Sequence record: MH051335.1
DNA: 64,000 nt
From: Escherichia phage vB_EcoM-Ro157lw
Reading direction: 5' to 3' (one strand)
How positions within the stretch are numbered: position 1 is the first letter of the stretch; every line of letters starts with the position of its first letter. A model generated the notes under the pieces. The model saw nothing but the letters and a program-made list of their open reading frames with translations. It was not told the origin of the DNA and made no database searches. A program made the translations under genes and the position numbers. Below are positions 18,792 to 28,978 of the stretch, piece by piece.

Positions 18792-20972
18792 GTGTCTGAC
18801 TCATTAGAAAAATTTGTTCTTCAATATACGGTGGACTTGAAAGAGTCCATCAATCGTCTTGAGCAATTGCAAGATAAGGTTGATCAGACAAATAAAAAGG
18901 CAAAGGCCGCTGGTAAGGACTTCACCGGAGCATTCAAAGATGTGTTTGGTGAGCTGAAGCCTCTCACAGCTGAACTGGGGTCCATTGACGGAATCCTTGC
19001 GCGGCTTACTTACCGCTTTGCCGCGCTCGTTCCTGTTGTCGCAGGATTGGCCGTCGTCGTCAAATCCATTGTTGATGTTCGAAAAGAATATGAAGCGCAA
19101 AGGAAGCTGGGATTTGAAGCAGGTCTTTCACCAATTGGCGTGGAGCAATTACAGCGACAATTGAATGAAAGTTCAGGTGGCATTCTTGGTGCGCAGGGGT
19201 CAAGGGATTTGATCAGCAAAGCTTCTAATCTCGCATTCAACGCATACACCAACCCAGATGTGATGAACAAGGACAACTTGTTACTGAACAAGATGGGCAC
19301 TAGTCCTTTCAACAGTAACGGCGGCATCAAAGACACAAACCAGCTTCTTGATGAAATTGGCACAAAGCTGAGAAGTGTGAATGAGCAAACCGCTCGTGCT
19401 ATTGGTGCTCTGGCAGGTTTTACCGCCGATGAAGTCCGTGCGCTTCGTGAGCGAAATCAATCAGTCAAAGAAAGCACCCGTATAAGCGACGAAGAAACCG
19501 CGAAGCTGCAAAGACAGCAGGCCGCTCTTGAAACGATACGAAACAGCATGGGCCAAATTCAAGAAGACTGGCGACGCATTGAACTGGTAATCGGTGAGAA
19601 CGTGATGCCTGCATTCTCGACGCTTGTCAGCAAAACCGCCGATACAGTCGAAGGATTCCAGATGATGTTCCAAAGAATGTCTGATGGATGGTCCGAATTT
19701 GTCGACAATTTCATTGCTGACTTGAAGCACCCGTTTGATAAACAGGCGGCTGTCAACGAGCGCCACGAGCGTGCCGTTGACAGATGGATCACTCAGATGG
19801 CTGACGGCGATGTGAAACGCCAGAGGAATCAGGAGCAAAACGCGGCTGAACAACGTTCTGCGCAAGCACTTTTCACTCGCGATATAAACCTGTTTTCAAG
19901 CGCCGTTTCAACCTTTGCTGGTGTTATTGATGAGCGACAAGCGTGGGCTGCATGGGCTGGTGAGATAGGACGAAGCGCAGGCCAATCCGCAATGCCTGGC
20001 ACGCCAGCACTAAGCACTGGTGCGACCGTAGGCAACAACTTGGGGTCAGGAAATCCGACTGCATATGACTCAATCTATGAGGAAGCCTCCAAGCGTTATG
20101 GAATCCCTGTTGCGATGATGAAGGCCGTCACAGAAGTCGAATCTGGATTCAACCCTAATGCCGTAAGCGGAGCAGGCGCGACCGGACTGATGCAAATAAT
20201 GCCTTCCAACTTCAAGGGACTTGGTATCACAGACGGTAATGACCCAAGACAAAACATTATGGGCGGCGCTCAACTTCTCAAGGAATATTTAACTGCTGCC
20301 AATGGCGATTGGAATCTTGCACTGACTATGTATCACGGCGGATATGACCGCAGCGGATGGGGAAAGAACACCCGTGCATACCCTGGCAAGGTGATGGCCG
20401 CTCTCGAACGACAGGCGAATGGAGAATACGCCACGGGAGCGCCGCAAGGTGCACCAGTTACTCCAGTGCTTAGCGGTAGCGGAGTAGAAGCGCCAAAAGG
20501 CAGCTACGCTCCAGTACAGGGCCAATCCCGCCAAACGGTGCAATACAGACAGTTGCAAGAAGCAATTGCAGGATACCTAAACGTGCCAGTTGAGCAGCTG
20601 ATGCAAGGACAAGTCAACAAAGGTGATATTGACTTTGCTCAAACTTACCTTAAACTTGGAACGCAAAGGGATTATATTAAAAACATGCAGCTGGCTTCAA
20701 CTCCAGGTGTAAGGCCGAACATTCAGGCCGAAGCCATGAAGAATGCTCGTCTCGCGGCATTCCAGCTTGAAGCATTCCAGAAATACGGCGGCGACCTTTC
20801 CGCGAATAGTCGACCTGGTGGGCGTGATATTACTATGGGTCAGAAAAACGTTGTCATCAACGTCAACGGCGCTCAAGACCCAAGAAGCACGGCGATTGAG
20901 ACTAAGCGTGTGCTTGAACAAGATGATATCAACGACATAAACAACCTTACTGCTACACCTTTGAAGTGGTGA
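18792..20972 (+). CDS. tail tape measure protein with soluble lytic transglycosylase (SLT) domain
   Basis: 726 aa, coiled-coil-rich N-terminal half; SLT motifs TEVESGFNPNAVSGAGATGLMQIMPS and GGAQLLKEYL. Confidence 0.8.
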   Translation: MSDSLEKFVLQYTVDLKESINRLEQLQDKVDQTNKKAKAAGKDFTGAFKDVFGELKPLTAELGSIDGILARLTYRFAALVPVVAGLAVVVKSIVDVRKEYEAQRKLGFEAGLSPIGVEQLQRQLNESSGGILGAQGSRDLISKASNLAFNAYTNPDVMNKDNLLLNKMGTSPFNSNGGIKDTNQLLDEIGTKLRSVNEQTARAIGALAGFTADEVRALRERNQSVKESTRISDEETAKLQRQQAALETIRNSMGQIQEDWRRIELVIGENVMPAFSTLVSKTADTVEGFQMMFQRMSDGWSEFVDNFIADLKHPFDKQAAVNERHERAVDRWITQMADGDVKRQRNQEQNAAEQRSAQALFTRDINLFSSAVSTFAGVIDERQAWAAWAGEIGRSAGQSAMPGTPALSTGATVGNNLGSGNPTAYDSIYEEASKRYGIPVAMMKAVTEVESGFNPNAVSGAGATGLMQIMPSNFKGLGITDGNDPRQNIMGGAQLLKEYLTAANGDWNLALTMYHGGYDRSGWGKNTRAYPGKVMAALERQANGEYATGAPQGAPVTPVLSGSGVEAPKGSYAPVQGQSRQTVQYRQLQEAIAGYLNVPVEQLMQGQVNKGDIDFAQTYLKLGTQRDYIKNMQLASTPGVRPNIQAEAMKNARLAAFQLEAFQKYGGDLSANSRPGGRDITMGQKNVVINVNGAQDPRSTAIETKRVLEQDDINDINNLTATPLKW

Positions 20973-20976
20973 TAAT

Positions 20977-21849
20977 TTGAAAAAGAGAATCCTTAAGGTC
21001 ACCTTATCTATGCCGGATGGCACAAGCCAAGTTCTTGATGAAGGATTGATGCTCAGATGCCGAATCAAAAAGGCAGCACTTTCCGTTCAGAATAAGGCCA
21101 CGATTGAAGTCGCAGGATTAACAGGGTACTTGAGAGAGTACCTGCTTTCCAACTTCACGGCATTCAACAAACGTCTGCGTGATCAAGGTCAGTTGGCGGC
21201 GAACTACGTTAATGTGACTATTGAAGCTGGATACAGAGAAGGGAGCGTAATCAGCAGCAACTTGGTATACAAGGGACAGGTGACTACGGTGGAGATAACA
21301 GCGCCGCCGCCGAATATCGTCATCAGAATCACGTGTTATACAAACCAAATAAACAGAACGAAGTTCATAACTCAAGCCGCGCCATCCAACCCGACTTTCA
21401 AAGAGTTTGTGGAATGGTCTGCAAAGCAAATGGACATTGATACTGTTATTTGCGACACGTCGATTAACAATCAGCGCCTTGTAAACCCAGGAAGAACGAC
21501 ATATGTTGCTGCTGCGCTGCTGCTTGAGATCCAGAACTATCAACGCAACTCCATCGCGGCATACATTGATGACGATACGTTAATTGTTAAGGATAAAGAC
21601 AAAATTCTAAATCCAGACCAGATTACGGTCATTGAGGAATTTGTCGGAATACCGATGTGGAACGAGTGGGGTGCAGACTTCACTTGTATGTATAACGCAG
21701 ATTTGAAGCTTGCACAAGGTGTTAAATTCAAATCAGTCTTAAACCCAAGCTTGAACGACACCACATTTGTCATCATGCAACTTGAATATGATTTAGCGAG
21801 TCGTGATGACATATTTACGGTGACGGGCGGCGTTGCACCATCGGCATAA
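20977..21849 (+). CDS. baseplate / distal tail protein candidate (290 aa)
   Basis: Gene order after the tape measure; TTG start with RBS. Confidence 0.4.
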   Translation: MKKRILKVTLSMPDGTSQVLDEGLMLRCRIKKAALSVQNKATIEVAGLTGYLREYLLSNFTAFNKRLRDQGQLAANYVNVTIEAGYREGSVISSNLVYKGQVTTVEITAPPPNIVIRITCYTNQINRTKFITQAAPSNPTFKEFVEWSAKQMDIDTVICDTSINNQRLVNPGRTTYVAAALLLEIQNYQRNSIAAYIDDDTLIVKDKDKILNPDQITVIEEFVGIPMWNEWGADFTCMYNADLKLAQGVKFKSVLNPSLNDTTFVIMQLEYDLASRDDIFTVTGGVAPSA

Positions 21850-21851
21850 AT

Positions 21852-22373
21852 ATGAGAAAGAATAAAATAATCGACTTGTTTGGCGTAACTTATGAAATTC
21901 ATCAATTCAGCGCAATAGATGCATTTGAAATGGTCGATGACATAAGTATATTAACCCCACTTGAATTATTGAGTGAATGTTATGTAATAAAATACGACGG
22001 GTCCAAAGTAAGGCTTAATTCTGAAAAAGTAATTAGTGAAGAAGTGAAAAGTATTCCTAATCACTTGCCGCCTAATCTTGTGTTGAAAGTGTTAATGGAA
22101 GCCGTTAAAAAGCACAACTTTGGATTCCTTAGCGATTGGAAAAGCACCAAAATTCCAAATAGATTCTTGGCGGATGCACCGACAGTAGAGCCTAATTATC
22201 TTGAGCCAATGGTTGCAAGTCTAATAAATAACGGCCTTGCATCTTTAAAGGAGTTGGAAGAATACTATTCACTGCGTGATGCATTTGCTATGTTTGATGG
22301 TTTAATAGCAAAATCACTTAATGAAGCCTACTCAAACGAAGCTGCCATTAAAGAATCAAAGTCAAATCGCTAA
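21852..22373 (+). CDS. hypothetical baseplate-region protein (173 aa)
   Basis: Gene order. Confidence 0.4.
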   Translation: MRKNKIIDLFGVTYEIHQFSAIDAFEMVDDISILTPLELLSECYVIKYDGSKVRLNSEKVISEEVKSIPNHLPPNLVLKVLMEAVKKHNFGFLSDWKSTKIPNRFLADAPTVEPNYLEPMVASLINNGLASLKELEEYYSLRDAFAMFDGLIAKSLNEAYSNEAAIKESKSNR

Positions 22374-22383
22374 AATATTGCTT

Positions 22384-22432
22384 ATAGACTCCTTATAGAT
22401 TATAATTTGTTGATCAGATATAAGGAGTCTAT
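22384..22432 (+). promoter_or_regulatory. 14-bp perfect inverted repeat whose right arm contains the Shine-Dalgarno and start codon of the next gene
   Basis: ATAGACTCCTTATA at 22384-22397 and TATAAGGAGTCTAT at 22419-22432; loop contains TATAAT. Confidence 0.4.
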
Positions 22433-23159
22433 GATGGCAGAAAAGTTAACCCAACTTACAAGCCCCAACCAAACTGACAAATCAAGTATGTTTGCCGCGC
22501 TTCAGGGAATGCTGGACCGTGGCAAGTATACCACTGATGGCATGATTCCTGCGCAAGTAATATCTTATGACCGCAAGAAAAATTTAGCAGTCATAAAACC
22601 TGTTATTCATTTCGTAAGTCTTGATGATAAGCCAGTGGAGCGTCAACCTTTGGTGTCAATTCCGGTACTGGCAATCGGCGGCGGCGGATTCGTGATCAAC
22701 TTCCCTTTGAAGGAAGGCGACTTGGGCTGGATATTCGCTGGCGACCGCGAGTTGTCGACATTCCTTGAAGAATTGAAGCCGACCGCGCCTACCAATGGCC
22801 GTGTAAAAACTTTCGCTGATGGACTGTTCATACCGGATGTATTCCGAAAATACACCATAAGCGGAGAGGATGCAGGGTCAATGGTAATTCAATCCCTCAG
22901 CGGCGCTGTGAGAATTGCACTAAGCGATGACTCAATAAACATAACTGCGTCTTCTGGAGTAAACGTCAAGACCCCGATAACCACTATCGATCAACAACTG
23001 ATAGTAAATGGAAAGGCAACATTCAATGGTGGGATAGAAGGCAAAGAAGGAACGACGGCAACGCTTCCGACTGGCACAACGGTCGGCGGCATTGATGTAT
23101 CCACTCACGGGCATATCGGTAACGGGCCTGGAAACAGAACTGGGAATATGATAGAATGA
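22431..23159 (+). CDS. baseplate hub / spike protein candidate (gpV-like)
   Basis: Gene order; Gly-rich C-terminus with HGHIGNGPGN; RBS AAGGAG. Confidence 0.45.
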   Translation: MMAEKLTQLTSPNQTDKSSMFAALQGMLDRGKYTTDGMIPAQVISYDRKKNLAVIKPVIHFVSLDDKPVERQPLVSIPVLAIGGGGFVINFPLKEGDLGWIFAGDRELSTFLEELKPTAPTNGRVKTFADGLFIPDVFRKYTISGEDAGSMVIQSLSGAVRIALSDDSINITASSGVNVKTPITTIDQQLIVNGKATFNGGIEGKEGTTATLPTGTTVGGIDVSTHGHIGNGPGNRTGNMIE

Positions 23160-24427
23160 GTGCACAATATTCTTACATAGTAAGCACTGGTGTGATCACC
23201 ATTGACACGGCAGATTTATTGGCTGATGTTCAAGGTGAATGGATTGAGTCTTTAGGGGTCGGGCTTGATGTTGATGCTTCGACGCCGCAAGGCACGCTAA
23301 TCGCAACAGAGACGTTGGCAAGAACTTCAGTGATGAAGAATAATGCCGAATTGGGAAGTCTCATCAACCCTAACTACTCATATGGAGTATACCTTGATGC
23401 AATCGCGGCGCTTCTTGGCATCGAGCGCACAAAGAATGTAAGCACAATGTTGAAAGGTGTGACTGCAGAGGGAACGCCGCTGCTGGAAATTCCTGCTGGA
23501 AGTCTTCTTACTGATTCAAATGGTACATACTGGTATGTGCTGGAAGACGTTCAAATCACTTCGACTGGCAAGACAAGCAACATGACTCTTGCGTCAAAAG
23601 ATTATGGCTCATTTACCGTTGCGCCTGATGAAGAGTTTACAGTGGTGCAAGGTTATGACGTCATCGGATGGTCAAGAACGTATTCAACATCAGCAACGAC
23701 GACCGTGCCAGGCACCCAATACATGGGCGACGGAGCATTAAAGGCCGCTCGCGTTAAGCGTCTTTACCAGCAGGGCATCGCATCACTTGGTGCCATCCGC
23801 GCTCGCGCCATGTCTGTCGACGGTGTAGAGTCTGTGATGGTCGTGGAGAATGACACAGGAGCGCCTGGAACGGTGCGCGGCATTACCTTCTCAACGCCTA
23901 ACGGTGTTTGGGTATGCGCAAGCGGAACATTTGACAAGCAAGTGTTTGCGGAGACGATATTCAAGGCGAAGATGGGTGGTCAACCTTGGGACTTTGGCGC
24001 TACTAATCAAGGAAATCCGGTAAACTCGCCTGATGGAATCGAAGTGGTCGATGCAGAATCACAGTTGTCTTATTTCGTCAAATTTAACACTGCAGTGATA
24101 TATGATTTGTATGTTGACATAACCGTTTCAAGAGGAACGGCGACCGCTGATGCAGAGTCCATTATTGCCGCTGTACTAAATTACGGAAATGGCAATTTTA
24201 ACGGTGAGCAGGGATATACAGTAGGCCAATCTCAATCTTCTTTTGAAATTGCTTCGGCAGTATCCTGCGAATATCCAGGACTTTATATCAAAGATTGCAA
24301 AATTGCAGCAGTTAAAAGCGGACAGGCAGCGCCAACTTATCCTTCCGATTATGGCAGCGAGTGGATTGCCAATCCTTGGGACAAGGCCAATACTATGCGC
24401 GGCTTCATCAACGTTAAATTTGTGTGA
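23156..24427 (+). CDS. baseplate wedge protein candidate (gpJ-like)
   Basis: 423 aa, overlapping start with upstream gene; gene order. Confidence 0.45.
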   Translation: MSAQYSYIVSTGVITIDTADLLADVQGEWIESLGVGLDVDASTPQGTLIATETLARTSVMKNNAELGSLINPNYSYGVYLDAIAALLGIERTKNVSTMLKGVTAEGTPLLEIPAGSLLTDSNGTYWYVLEDVQITSTGKTSNMTLASKDYGSFTVAPDEEFTVVQGYDVIGWSRTYSTSATTTVPGTQYMGDGALKAARVKRLYQQGIASLGAIRARAMSVDGVESVMVVENDTGAPGTVRGITFSTPNGVWVCASGTFDKQVFAETIFKAKMGGQPWDFGATNQGNPVNSPDGIEVVDAESQLSYFVKFNTAVIYDLYVDITVSRGTATADAESIIAAVLNYGNGNFNGEQGYTVGQSQSSFEIASAVSCEYPGLYIKDCKIAAVKSGQAAPTYPSDYGSEWIANPWDKANTMRGFINVKFV

Positions 24428-24433
24428 GGAACT

Positions 24434-27172
24434 ATGCAAAAGTTTGACACAAACCTGTTGCAAAACCTTAAGTGGATGCAGAACAACGCGCCAAACATCA
24501 CATCTTTGGTTCAGAAGAAGAGTGATTGGTATGAGCGATATCAAGATCAGTTTTGGATTGACTGGTACAAAAACATATTCAACATTGATACTTGTGATGC
24601 AATGGGCATCTATATTTGGTGCGACATCCTATGCATACCAAGAGACTTTGTTGACTTAAGTAACTATGAGCACAACTGGGCATTCGGGCCAACACGCGAC
24701 AACTTTGAAGGGCCGGACAATATCGGCGGCAACTTCTTTGGTGCTGGCGGAAAGGTTGTGAAAAACATTGAAGAAGCGCGCATCCTTCTGAAGCTTCGTT
24801 ATCTGACGCTTACAAGTGATGGCCGCATCGAAAGCATCAACCGTATGCTTAAGTGGATTTTTAACCGTGGGGAAGCTTGGGATTACTCTTCATCCAGATA
24901 CGCATATGTGACAGACAATACTCAAGGCGCGGTGTCTTCTTCTGAATCAACAAACGGTTCATTCCTTCTGTATGACTGGCAGGGGTCGACTGAGATTCAG
25001 CACGATTATAAACAAATTCTTTTGAGTCACGGCAACAACGCAGGACTTACCATAAGTGGGGTGGCAGGGACTGTTTCGCGAATGGCACACCCAGACTGGT
25101 ATTCATGGGGTAATGGCTCCGGCGCTGGTATTGTCGGCGGTGATACGCGCCAATATGGCGGCCCTGACTATTACGGCCAACTGTGTGGTGATTACCCAGG
25201 AGAGGCCATAGAGAATTTCGCCAACGCAGTACGGGTCATCAAGACCGCTTCCAGCGGCGAGCCTGTGTATTCTTTGGCCAGTAATCCAAGCGCCCAATCT
25301 ATTGCGCTTCCTTCTCAGGCTGGTGTCAATGTTTGCTATAGCTTCTACATAAAAGTGCTTTCTGAAAACGTGGCTTCTGTTTCCGTAACAGAGAACAGTG
25401 ATGCATCGAGTAATGGAAAACTTTTCGACCCAGTGACTGGGCAGTTCAACCTTGACTCTTCTTTGAGTTATTTCATCACAGGCAAGTTCGACGGTGTGAG
25501 AAGGGAATCAAACCGTGGTGGCATCAAGGCAATCGGCGGCGATTGGTACAGAATCTGGATTGTAGAACAAACTGCGAACGCGACAGCTGGGGTAAACACA
25601 AGCTTTTCAATTGAGTTGAAAGCAACTGCCGCTGGATCAACTCAGACTCGCGAATTGCCTGAAGGGTCTGATGCGCTTCTTTTTGGATACTCAATTTGTG
25701 TTTGCGACCCTGTTCAGAATCCTAATGGGCCTGAGCCTTATTTCTATGGGACTCAAAATCCGCCTGCAGATGGCACAGCAATTTTGTCTGTTACGGCAGG
25801 AACGCTCAACAACATTTCTTGCGCAAACGGTCCGTTGACGACAAGAAATGGCGTGGTGGGCGAGTCATTTATGCAGCCTGGGTCATCACTTGCGTACTCT
25901 GGTTCAATCGGCGGCTACCCGTACCCAGGAAACGCCACTCTAATCGCAGAAACAGACGGAATCAGACGCTCATGGAACGTTAGCCGATTGGACGGAGTAC
26001 CGCCGCCGCCGACCGCTGACTATTACATGGAATATGTCATCGGGCCTTATTTCGCCAACAACTTGTCTGATAACTTTAAGACGCTAGTTGGCGACAGGAA
26101 TGAAGGATTCTTGCCAGCCAATGCCGGAATACGTTGGCAGCTTTACCAAGAAGTCGCAGACTTATCCGATATTGATTTGACTGTCAGCAACATAACAGAC
26201 ACGCGAGTAGGATTCGAAACGGAAGGTGTCGCATGGATTAACACTGACGGGATCATCAGAGTTGGCGGCATAAACGAGTGGCCGTTGAACAACTTTAATG
26301 GTGTTATAAGACAGCTTGAATCTCTGAAAGGTGTGAACCAAGTCATCGACGGCGCACTTGTCAACGACTATTCAATCTCAAAAGCTTCAAGAGATGACTT
26401 TGGTCGTGAAATTCCACGCGCGGCAATCACTAACTACTGGCGATACACACAGCCCAATGACGGCACATCTTTTGGCAATATCGTCAAGGACGGAGCTAAC
26501 ACGGTAACGGCGACGCCAATCAGCGGTGTGCCCAACCAGTTCCCATCATTCAAGCTTTCCGCTACAATAGGGACTGTGCCAGCGTCCGGTTATGCACGCG
26601 CTGTACTTGCTACTAAATACACTGGCACCTTGACTGGTCCTTTGTCATTTATCGCAATAGTTAAAAACAACACGGTAAACGGTCAAAAACTTTTCGTAAC
26701 CGTACCGGATGGTATGGGCGGCTATATCCCTAAATTCTACAGCATAGGCGCAGGTGATTTGCAACGTATCGAAATTGACCTTGCTGCTGAGATTGTTGCA
26801 GGAACGACTTGGGATGGTTCGACAGGTGGAATCAGCATTGGTTTGATATCAGGGAAAGACTTGCCGACCGAAGTTGGTACGACTCTTGAACTTGATATTT
26901 TAAGCTTGATGCTTGTTTCTGGTAATACGATGAATGCGCTTGCGATTTCAACAAGCGAAGACTTTACAAAGAAAACTGCAACTTCTATATACATCAAAAA
27001 CCCAGGGTCACTGGCGACTGGAGTTCAATTGATAGCTTCGAATGGGGATGTTGTAGCGACAGTAAACTTTCCAAGAAGTGCTGCTGGCGGTTATGTTTCA
27101 AGCATGAATATAACTGACTTAACTGGTGATTGGGCATCAACCCTTTTATCAAAAATTAAATACATCGTGTAG
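24434..27172 (+). CDS. large tail fibre / baseplate-associated receptor-binding protein
   Basis: 912 aa, Gly/Ser/Thr/Asn-rich; located between baseplate genes and the distal fibre. Confidence 0.5.
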   Translation: MQKFDTNLLQNLKWMQNNAPNITSLVQKKSDWYERYQDQFWIDWYKNIFNIDTCDAMGIYIWCDILCIPRDFVDLSNYEHNWAFGPTRDNFEGPDNIGGNFFGAGGKVVKNIEEARILLKLRYLTLTSDGRIESINRMLKWIFNRGEAWDYSSSRYAYVTDNTQGAVSSSESTNGSFLLYDWQGSTEIQHDYKQILLSHGNNAGLTISGVAGTVSRMAHPDWYSWGNGSGAGIVGGDTRQYGGPDYYGQLCGDYPGEAIENFANAVRVIKTASSGEPVYSLASNPSAQSIALPSQAGVNVCYSFYIKVLSENVASVSVTENSDASSNGKLFDPVTGQFNLDSSLSYFITGKFDGVRRESNRGGIKAIGGDWYRIWIVEQTANATAGVNTSFSIELKATAAGSTQTRELPEGSDALLFGYSICVCDPVQNPNGPEPYFYGTQNPPADGTAILSVTAGTLNNISCANGPLTTRNGVVGESFMQPGSSLAYSGSIGGYPYPGNATLIAETDGIRRSWNVSRLDGVPPPPTADYYMEYVIGPYFANNLSDNFKTLVGDRNEGFLPANAGIRWQLYQEVADLSDIDLTVSNITDTRVGFETEGVAWINTDGIIRVGGINEWPLNNFNGVIRQLESLKGVNQVIDGALVNDYSISKASRDDFGREIPRAAITNYWRYTQPNDGTSFGNIVKDGANTVTATPISGVPNQFPSFKLSATIGTVPASGYARAVLATKYTGTLTGPLSFIAIVKNNTVNGQKLFVTVPDGMGGYIPKFYSIGAGDLQRIEIDLAAEIVAGTTWDGSTGGISIGLISGKDLPTEVGTTLELDILSLMLVSGNTMNALAISTSEDFTKKTATSIYIKNPGSLATGVQLIASNGDVVATVNFPRSAAGGYVSSMNITDLTGDWASTLLSKIKYIV

Positions 27173-27182
27173 AGGAACGGCA

Positions 27183-28970
27183 ATGCCAACACTTATTAAC
27201 AGACCTTTCGCGCAAAGCGGTGATGTATCCGTGGTGCCGGATGCAAGCCCAAGCGGTTATGTAAACTTCCAGCGCGGCTACACCCCTGACTATGCGCTTG
27301 CTCTGGAGGCCGGAAACGTCGCCGCGAAAGCTGTTGAGCGCGAATCGATGAACTGGTTGCTGAATTTGATTACAGACAACCTTATGTTTATTCAAGATCA
27401 TGGTGCTCAACAATATTTCTCTTCTGACTTGAAGCCGGATGGATACCCGAAAAATGCCATTGTTGTCAGCAACTCTGGAACGCCTTCAGCGCCTGAGTGG
27501 CGCATCTTTCAAAGCGTGGTCGACGGCAACACAAGCGCCGTACCAGCTAACGGAGAAACGGAATCTTGGCAGGAATTAACGCTGCCCAGCGAAGCGCGAA
27601 AATACATTCCGATGCCTGCCGGAGGCGATGCGCAAAACCCGTACTTCGTTCGCGGATTGATTTCAAGCTTTGTGGACTTCGATAATATTACGACTTCCAC
27701 AACTATCGTCATTCAATCCGATGCCGTCGCCGCTCTGTGCTCTAACATCCCGAATGCGGTTGGCGCGACGAAGGTTGCAGGTCGCCTTCAGGTTTGCGCT
27801 TGGCAGGTCGATGCGCAAACCTTTGCCTTGCAGCAATATACATCAATGAATGGCTATTTGTTTACCCGCTCTTACACTTCTGGTGCTTGGAGTGCTTGGA
27901 TTCAAAATGCCACTGTTCAAGACGTGCAAATTGGAACGCCGAATCTTGCATCAGGTAAAGGAGCGCAAGACATAATCCTTACCGTCCCAGCAGGTTATTC
28001 ATGGCCTCCGTCAGCAGGTAGTCGCCTGACAATCGTCAATGATGTAACGACTACCGGACCTGTCACCGTGACCATTGGTGTAAACAAAGTTGCCGTTCTT
28101 GGATTCGACGGCGGCGAGTTGCCAGCTGGCGCTATCGTAGGCTTGCTGCCATTCACCATCATTTATGACGGCACTGTTTGGCGTCTCCTTCAGGCGTTTG
28201 GCGCGGCGCAAATCGGCGTTGATGCTACTGAGGCGCAACAGTTTGTTACAAAGCGCCAACTCGATGCTTTGGCTGCGAAATTGATCACTATGGGCGACGT
28301 ATTCGAAGTCGGTGAGACTCGATTCCTCACCAACGGAACAGACCCGAATACTAAACTGGGCGCTTACGGCCAGGTATGGACACGACTTCCTGATAACATG
28401 GTCATCAGAACATCTGGCACGGCGCGAAACGGTCTTGCCACTGGCGGCGCGGACTCTGTTACTCTCACCGCTGCAATGCTTCCTCTCCACAATCACAGCG
28501 TGAACATTACCACGCGACAAAGTGGTCCATGGTCTAATACCACTGGAGATGCTGGAAATCACAACCACACAGGTGATACAAGTCAAAACGGTGCTCACGT
28601 GCATGGAATGGATACGGCAGGCAACCATCACCATGACAGCAGCTGGGGTGAAGCCAATACTAGCGATGCGCGGTACGGCGTTTATGATGGGACACACAAC
28701 AACTTCGGAAGTCGCAAAGGCGGCGACTGGGATAACTACAAATACAACACTTCGACTAACGGCAACCACGTCCATAATATTCAATCTTCTGGATCACACA
28801 CCCATGGGTTGAATATAAATTACGCTGGCAATCACAGCCACAGTTATACCCTTCCCGCTCACACTCATGATGTGGTCGGTAACACTGGCGATGCAGGACA
28901 GTCGGTGCCAACGGCTGTTGCGACTTTGCCGCGATACGTTGTTTTGAATGGCTGGTACAGAAGCGCATAA
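27183..28970 (+). CDS. tail fibre protein with His-rich HxH repeat region near the C-terminus
   Basis: Repeated HNH, HNHT, HVHG, HHHD, HVHN, HTHG, HSHS, HTHD motifs around residues 440-560, like metal-binding HxH fibre tips. Confidence 0.55.
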   Translation: MPTLINRPFAQSGDVSVVPDASPSGYVNFQRGYTPDYALALEAGNVAAKAVERESMNWLLNLITDNLMFIQDHGAQQYFSSDLKPDGYPKNAIVVSNSGTPSAPEWRIFQSVVDGNTSAVPANGETESWQELTLPSEARKYIPMPAGGDAQNPYFVRGLISSFVDFDNITTSTTIVIQSDAVAALCSNIPNAVGATKVAGRLQVCAWQVDAQTFALQQYTSMNGYLFTRSYTSGAWSAWIQNATVQDVQIGTPNLASGKGAQDIILTVPAGYSWPPSAGSRLTIVNDVTTTGPVTVTIGVNKVAVLGFDGGELPAGAIVGLLPFTIIYDGTVWRLLQAFGAAQIGVDATEAQQFVTKRQLDALAAKLITMGDVFEVGETRFLTNGTDPNTKLGAYGQVWTRLPDNMVIRTSGTARNGLATGGADSVTLTAAMLPLHNHSVNITTRQSGPWSNTTGDAGNHNHTGDTSQNGAHVHGMDTAGNHHHDSSWGEANTSDARYGVYDGTHNNFGSRKGGDWDNYKYNTSTNGNHVHNIQSSGSHTHGLNINYAGNHSHSYTLPAHTHDVVGNTGDAGQSVPTAVATLPRYVVLNGWYRSA

Positions 28971-28978
28971 GGTGATTT

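Noticed and set aside
17810-18792. Programmed -1 frameshift in tail assembly chaperone genes upstream of the tape measure
   Set aside because: No overlapping extended reading frame or slippery heptamer was seen; the two upstream ORFs end cleanly at 18370 and 18788.
28011-28784. 257-aa minus-strand ORF inside the tail fibre gene
   Set aside because: Antisense of the His-rich codon block (CAC/CAT read as GTG/ATG); fully contained in a well-supported gene; no RBS.
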